Source of the DNA: the human T2T-CHM13v2.0 reference genome, Homo sapiens
DNA length: 64,000 nucleotides
Reading direction: 5' to 3' (one strand)
NCBI RefSeq assembly: GCF_009914755.1
Contig: NC_060932.1
Part shown: positions 58,089 through 64,000 of the stretch, one piece after another
Numbering within the stretch: the first letter of the stretch is position 1
Layout: each line of letters starts with the position of its first letter
Made by a program: the position numbers and the translations under genes
The notes under the pieces: model-generated
Told to the model about the DNA's origin: nothing
Seen by the model: only the letters and a program-made list of their open reading frames with translations
Databases searched by the model: none

Positions 58089-59767
58089 TATTTCTCAAGT
58101 TAAGAGGGCAAAACTTGTTACGAACAGAGTGCCCCAGCATATTTCAAAACGGTTCATTTTCCTTTTCTCCTGCTGGAAGTATGAGGGGATTTTTCTGGTT
58201 TTACTGTGAGAACACTGTGGAGCTCCTGAAGGTAAAACTCACAAAAGCTTGGTGGAAACCTGGAGATTTTAATTCTTAGATTTGTCCACACTTGGACTCC
58301 AGCAATTCTCAATTACATTTCAGGTTCTCCTACTCCAACACAGGTTCTTGTGGAGGTTTCTACTCTAGCATGTTGTAATTATTTTTCTCTACCTGTCTAT
58401 CTCTTCAATGTTGGTAGCAGTAGTTTGCCTTGTGACCTCACTTCCCTTATGAATCTCAGAAGAGTTGCTGATTTTTTATTGTGTTTACCTTTTTTCCTGT
58501 GATTAAGAAAAGAGCAACATCCGAGGTCATGTGGAACCTGACCAACTGACTTTTAATATGGATTAAAATTTTTATATTTCTGACCAGTTCTTTTTTCCTA
58601 AGATTTTTAATAAAACATAAGTAAATGACTTTTCTACATCTTCATCCTCATCAACTATTAAAAAAAAATGCCTTAACAGATTCAGGAAAATAAGCATTTT
58701 ATACACTTTCCATATTCTTATACAGAAAACAAATTTCAGGCACCTTAAGCTACTCTTATAGGTTAAACCCATCTTCAATAACCTTATTTTGTAAACTGCA
58801 GATTAAATGTTTTATACTTTAAAGTCACAATGTTTTAAACTTTTTTATTTGGTCAGTTTGTAACCTAGTCAACACATATTTGTGAAATGCCTACTAAGAA
58901 AATAGGCACTGTGTTAGACTGAGAATGGAAGAAGATAAAAGGTGTTTTGTTATTATAAACACTACAGTATTTTATAGCAGACAGGTGTGGAGAAATATTA
59001 TACCATAATAACTTGTTATATTCGTATAAGTTGCAAAGGGCTCAAGGCTCCATCTGTCCATTTCAATTGTATATATGAACAGAATTCAGATGAGAAAGAT
59101 TTATGGTTGTCCAGTATGAACTTTAGCTAATCTTCAGAAATTATAATATCTAATTAATGATTATGCAACTTTTACTACAAAAAGTAGAAATGGAGGGATA
59201 TCAGCTGATGTGTTTACAAAATATCTTTCTACTTTTTACTAAAGTAGTCACAATAGCAAAAGATGAAACTTTACTGTAACTAATAGAAGAAAATTATTCC
59301 ATTTCTGTTATTCGTATGACACATTTTATATTTGCAGCAAAATAAATGTAATATATGCTAGAGTGCAAAGTTCTGTAATGAAATTGAAGGTGGAGAGGAG
59401 AAAGCAAAGGCAATCTCTACCAGGAAGAGAGACAGAAAAGTATCAGCACCTGCCAGAGCAGAAATGCCCTTAGGAAAAATGTGGCAACTGAAATAAATTG
59501 TAAACTAACCATAGCATAGGGATTAATAGGGCTCTTGGAATTAAATTTCTACCCAATTTACTTTGTCTAATGCTGTCTTTATAGTAAATTTTAAGACTCA
59601 GACCTCAAATAAATAATATAAATTTTTTAAGCAAGGTATTTTGCAAGAATTGGCTGATTTTGTTTTTATGCCACATAATATGTCTCTACTATTAAATTTT
59701 AAGTAATACACTCCTATTCTTCTATATTCTTATTCTATTATTATCTTATTGCCAAAATGGTTATTAA

Positions 59768-60061
<294 letters not shown>

Positions 60062-60094
60062 TGATCTGCCCATCTCGGCCTCCCAAAGTGCTGG

Positions 60095-61540
60095 TGAGTG
60101 GTGACAGCGTGCTGGCCGCCCTGGCAGCACTCGCTCACTCTCAGCCTCAGCACCCACTCTGGTCACGCTTGAGGAGCCCTTCAGCCTGCCACTGCACTGT
60201 GGGAGGCCCTCTCTGGGCTGGCCAAGGCCAGAGCCGGCTCCCTCAGCTTGCAGGGAGGTGTAGAAGGAGAGGCGAGGTGTGGAGGGAGAGGCGCAGGCGG
60301 GAACCAGGGCTGCCCAGCACTTGTGGGCCAGAACAAGTTCCGGGTGGGCATGGGCTCAGTGGGCCCTGCACTCGGAGCAGCCAGCCTGCGCCGCCGGCCC
60401 TGGGAAGTGAGGAGCTTAGCACCCTGGCCACCAGCTGCAGAGGGTGCACTGGGTCCCCCAGCAGTGCCGGCCTGCCGGTTCTGTGCTCTAATTCTCGCCA
60501 GGCCTCAGCTGCCTCCCCGCAGGGCAGGGCTCGGGACCTGCAGCCCATCATACCCGAGCCTCCCGCGACGCTGTCGGCTCCTGCGCAGCCCGAGCCTGCC
60601 AGACGAGTGCCGCCCCCTGCTCCACAGCACCTGGTCCCATCGACCGCCCGAGAGCTGAGGAGTGCGGGTGCACAGCGACTGGTGGGAAGCTATGCCTGCG
60701 GCCCCAGTGCAGGATCCACTAGGTGAAGCCAGCTGGGCTCCTGAGTCTAGTGGGGACTTGGAGGACCTTTATGTCTAGCTAAGGGATTGTAGATACACCA
60801 ATCAGCACTCTGTGTCTAGCTCAAGTTTTGTAAATGCACCAATCCACACCCTGTGTCTAGCTCAAGGTTTGTAAATGCACCAGTCAGTGCTGTGTGTCTA
60901 GCTAATCTAGTGGGGACTTGGAGAATTTTTGTGTCTAGCTCAGGGATTGTAAACGCACCAATCAGCACCCTGTCAAACCAGACCAATCAGCTCTCTGTAA
61001 AACAGACCAATCAGCTCTCTGTAAAATGGACCAATCAGCAGGAACTGGGTGGGGCCAGATAAGGGAATAAAAGCAGGCTGCCTGAGCCAGCAGTGGCAAC
61101 CCGCTGGGGTCCCCTTCCACGCTGTGGAAACTTTGTTCTTTCACTGTTTGCAATAAATCTTGCTGCTGCTCACTCTTTGGGTGCGCACTGCCTTTATGAG
61201 CTGTAACAATCACCGCGAAGGTCTGCAGCTTCACTCCTGAGGCCAGCGAGACCATGAACCTACCAGGAGGAATGAGCAACTCAAGACGGGAGGAACGAAC
61301 AGAACAACTCCAGACACAACGCCTTAAGAGCTGTAGCACTAACCGCCAAGATCTGCAGCTTCACTCCTGAAGCCAGCGAGACCACGAGCCCATCAGAAGG
61401 AAGAAACTCCAAACATGTCCGAACATCAGAAGGAACGAACTCTGGACACATCATCTTTAAGAACTCTAACACTCACCCCGAGGGTCCACAGCTTCATTCT
61501 TGAAGTCAGTCGGACCAAGAACCCACCAATTCCGGACAAG
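60095..61540 (+). mobile_element. LTR12 (HERV-9) solo LTR
   Basis: Starts tgagtggtgacagcgtgctgg, ends aattccggaca(ag); CCAAT tandem units; TSD ctgg at 60091-60094 and 61541-61544. Confidence 0.96.
60770..61160 (+). promoter_or_regulatory. LTR12 U3 enhancer/promoter array
   Basis: Six accaatc boxes; gggtggggccagataagggaataaaag at about 61047-61073; AATAAA at about 61152; activity not shown. Confidence 0.6.
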
Positions 61541-62474
61541 CTGGGATTACAGGCATGAGCCACTGCCCCGGGCCTATTATTTTTCAACGACCTTTATTCT
61601 TCTTGCCTTAATATATACTTTATTTTTATTTCATATAACTATTTATTCCCCTGAAATTGCTGAAAAAAATTACTTCATTTGGATAGAGATTGAACAAATG
61701 ATAGTGACTCAAAATGTTTACTGGTGATTAAATTTATGGATTACACATACCAATTATTTCCAACTCTACTTCATTCAGGTGGTTAATAACATATGGAAAA
61801 CTCTTTGACCTGTTATGTTCCTTGAGACTTCACAACAAAAACTACTATTTATTTACTACTACTTTAAGTTCACTAAATTCCTCTAATTTACAGGATACTT
61901 AATTTACTGGATACTTAATAGCCATTCTCAATTCAATTCTTACATCAATTATATAGGATATATAATATATGACCATAGTTTAGAAATAAAAATGATACTT
62001 TGACAAGTTTATTAATTTGTTCAAGTAATGCAACTCAGTAGAAAGTCAGAATTTAAACACATCTACCAAGTAGGTGATATTCTTTATCATCTATTTTAGC
62101 TCCACAAGGGAAAAAATACGCTCTTAATTCAAAAGATTATATGTCCCTCAGGTGAAATAGAGGAATCTGAGAGGATCACAGGTATGAATTAGCCAAACTG
62201 CAAACAGAAATGAAAGGAAAACAGGAAAGAGCCGAAATTGGGAACTGTGTGGATGGAAAGCCAGATGTTTCAGAAACCTACGGAACAGGAAGGAGGCCTT
62301 GAACAAGCTCTTCAGATGGCCTCCAGCCATCTGTCATTAAATTGAGAGAAATGCTTGAGTTGAACAAGGAAGTAAAGAAACTAAGCAGTGGCACAAACTA
62401 ATTTCAGAAGAACACTTTGATTTTGGCTACTGGCTGATGGAATTGGGTGGAGGCAACAGATCAAAAGTTTACCA

Positions 62475-62990
62475 TCTAGGTCAGGGCCTCTAGAACCTAG
62501 AGCCTGAGGCCAGGATTCAAGTGTTGATACTTTATTTGGAAAATGCAGGCCCAGGGCTGTGAATGCAATGAAAAAATGGAAGTGAAGCACACAGAGATGA
62601 AAGTTTCATGATGAGCCTCAGAGACACGGGGGATTTCTCAGGCAGGGCTGTAATCCTATCTCAAAGTAGTTTACAGAAGGGACAGAGGAAGGGGGTGCAT
62701 GGGCTTCACTCCTTCCCATGCCCGTTTCCTGTCAGTGGAGAGTTTCTCATGGTGGGTCATTCCAGGTTGTGTCCCCCGTCGCATGTTGGTATGCAGAAAG
62801 CATGTCACATACTCTCTGATGTGGCTTCTCAGCCAAGCCAAGGAATGGGAGTGTGACTCAATCTGAGGCGTGGCATGCAGGTGGCATGTAAGCCACAAGG
62901 TCTGGGCCTTCATGAGGACTCCAGCTGGCTTAGGAAGCTCAGCAAGGGTGATGGCAGCATCGCCTGGGCCGTGCGTGGTGCCGCTATGAA
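62475..62990 (-). mobile_element. Ancient ERVL-type LTR (LTR33/LTR16-like)
   Basis: agagcctgaggccaggattcaagtgttgatactttatttgg resembles the antisense R/U5 of these LTRs; subfamily uncertain. Confidence 0.45.
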
Positions 62991-63114
62991 GGAAGCAATA
63001 GCTGAATCAGAAATATCTGTTATGGTGCATTACCTGTGAAACTACAAGCCTGGACTGAAAACGTCTGTGAGTTTTCAAGTCTCAAACTGATATTTATGCT
63101 CTCAAACTTATCCA

Positions 63115-63559
63115 GTCTATTAATTTTGTATGCCTGCCTTAACAAGTTACCACAGATTGAGTGGCTTAAAAAATATAAATTTATTTTCTCATATTTCTGG
63201 AGACCAGAAGTCCAAAATCAAGGTGTTGGCAAGGCCATGCTACCTCTGAAGGCTCTAGGGAGAAACTTCCATGTATATTGAGACTCCTGGTAGCTCCATA
63301 CATTGCTTACCTTGTGGCTGTCTAACTCCATTTTCTGCCTCCAACTTTGCCACTTTCTGCTTGTGCCCAGGTCTCTTTCTCTTTCTCTGAAAAGGACAGT
63401 CTTCTTTGCCTTTAAGGCTCATTCAGGTAATACAGGATTATCTCATCTCACAATCCTTAGTTATATATCCAGAATCCTTTTTCAGATAAGGTAACATTCA
63501 GGGATTCCAGGAATTGGGACATAAAGCTATTTTGGGAAGCCACTATTCAATCCACTACA
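63115..63559 (-). mobile_element. MLT1B/C-type MaLR LTR
   Basis: ttaccacagattgagtggcttaaa..ctggagaccagaagtccaaaatcaaggtgttggca..cactattcaatccactaca. Confidence 0.88.
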
Positions 63560-63860
63560 GGAATAGGTTGTTAAATGCAACAGTCTTCAAAAAAGAATAC
63601 TCTCTAACGTCCACTGCAAATGTGGCCAGAAGTACAAAGGTCAATGAATAATCTTCCAAGGGACTGAGTTGGAGGCCCTGGAGAATAAGATAAGGGAATT
63701 TTTCCATGTTTCAGCACTAGGGAAAGATGGATAGGCTAAACCTGAAAAGATGCTATAGCTGGGGCAGAGAATATTTGTAATCCTGTCCAGCAGGATTTAA
63801 TAGTTGCTATAAAGTAATGCCATCTTGGTGTTTTCCATCCTTTCTTGCTCTTAGTGGGGG

Positions 63861-64000
63861 GTTACTGGAACTGATGCAACAGTCCCATAGATAGTTTTTT
63901 GGATAAACAGAAATTGACCCTCTGGTCTTAAAGCTTGAAGCTTACATTTGTTTCATCTGAGTTCCTTCCTCAGGAAACCACCTTCAGGTCTCAAAAATAC
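63861..64000 (+). mobile_element. 5' part of an ERV1-type LTR running off the window (subfamily not assigned)
   Basis: ggataaacagaaattgaccctctggtcttaaagcttgaagcttacatttgtttcatctgagttccttcctcaggaaa. Confidence 0.6.

Larger units (their letters stand above)
52200..58530 (-). mobile_element. L1MC1/2-like element spanning 3' UTR to 5' region, with deletions and a HERV-L insert
   Basis: L1MC 3' UTR atagcctcccccattatcaa..ctgatgaac..cacatcattatcac; minus ORFs NAIPIKI and DLTLFTKIN..WI..LNVK (ORF2p); 5' region at 58110-58530. Confidence 0.85.

Overview
Primate (human-like), AT-rich, gene-poor genomic DNA dominated by nested transposable elements: Alu J/S/Y, L1PA/PB/MA/MC/ME, L2, MIR, Tigger3b, MER58A, MaLR LTRs (THE1/MST/MLT1), MER21, a half HERV-L provirus and two LTR12 (HERV-9) solo LTRs. 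I find no credible cellular protein-coding exon, RNA gene or CRISPR array. The ORF track is explained by decayed L1/L2/ERV frames, Alu/LTR12 chance frames and other short chance ORFs. Repeat families were recognised by eye from remembered consensus sequences, so subfamily names and old-element boundaries are approximate. Two signals stand out. (1) Both LTR12s, about 40 kb apart, integrated into different Alu copies at exactly the same four Alu nucleotides (CCAG, Alu positions 31-34), in opposite relative orientations. (2) There is a cluster of local template-switch scars: three 180-280 bp copies of sequence lying within about 1 kb, one ending in a snap-back hairpin, plus short inverted or iterated patches. 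These are mechanistic observations that can be tested; I cannot claim a new gene system from this window.
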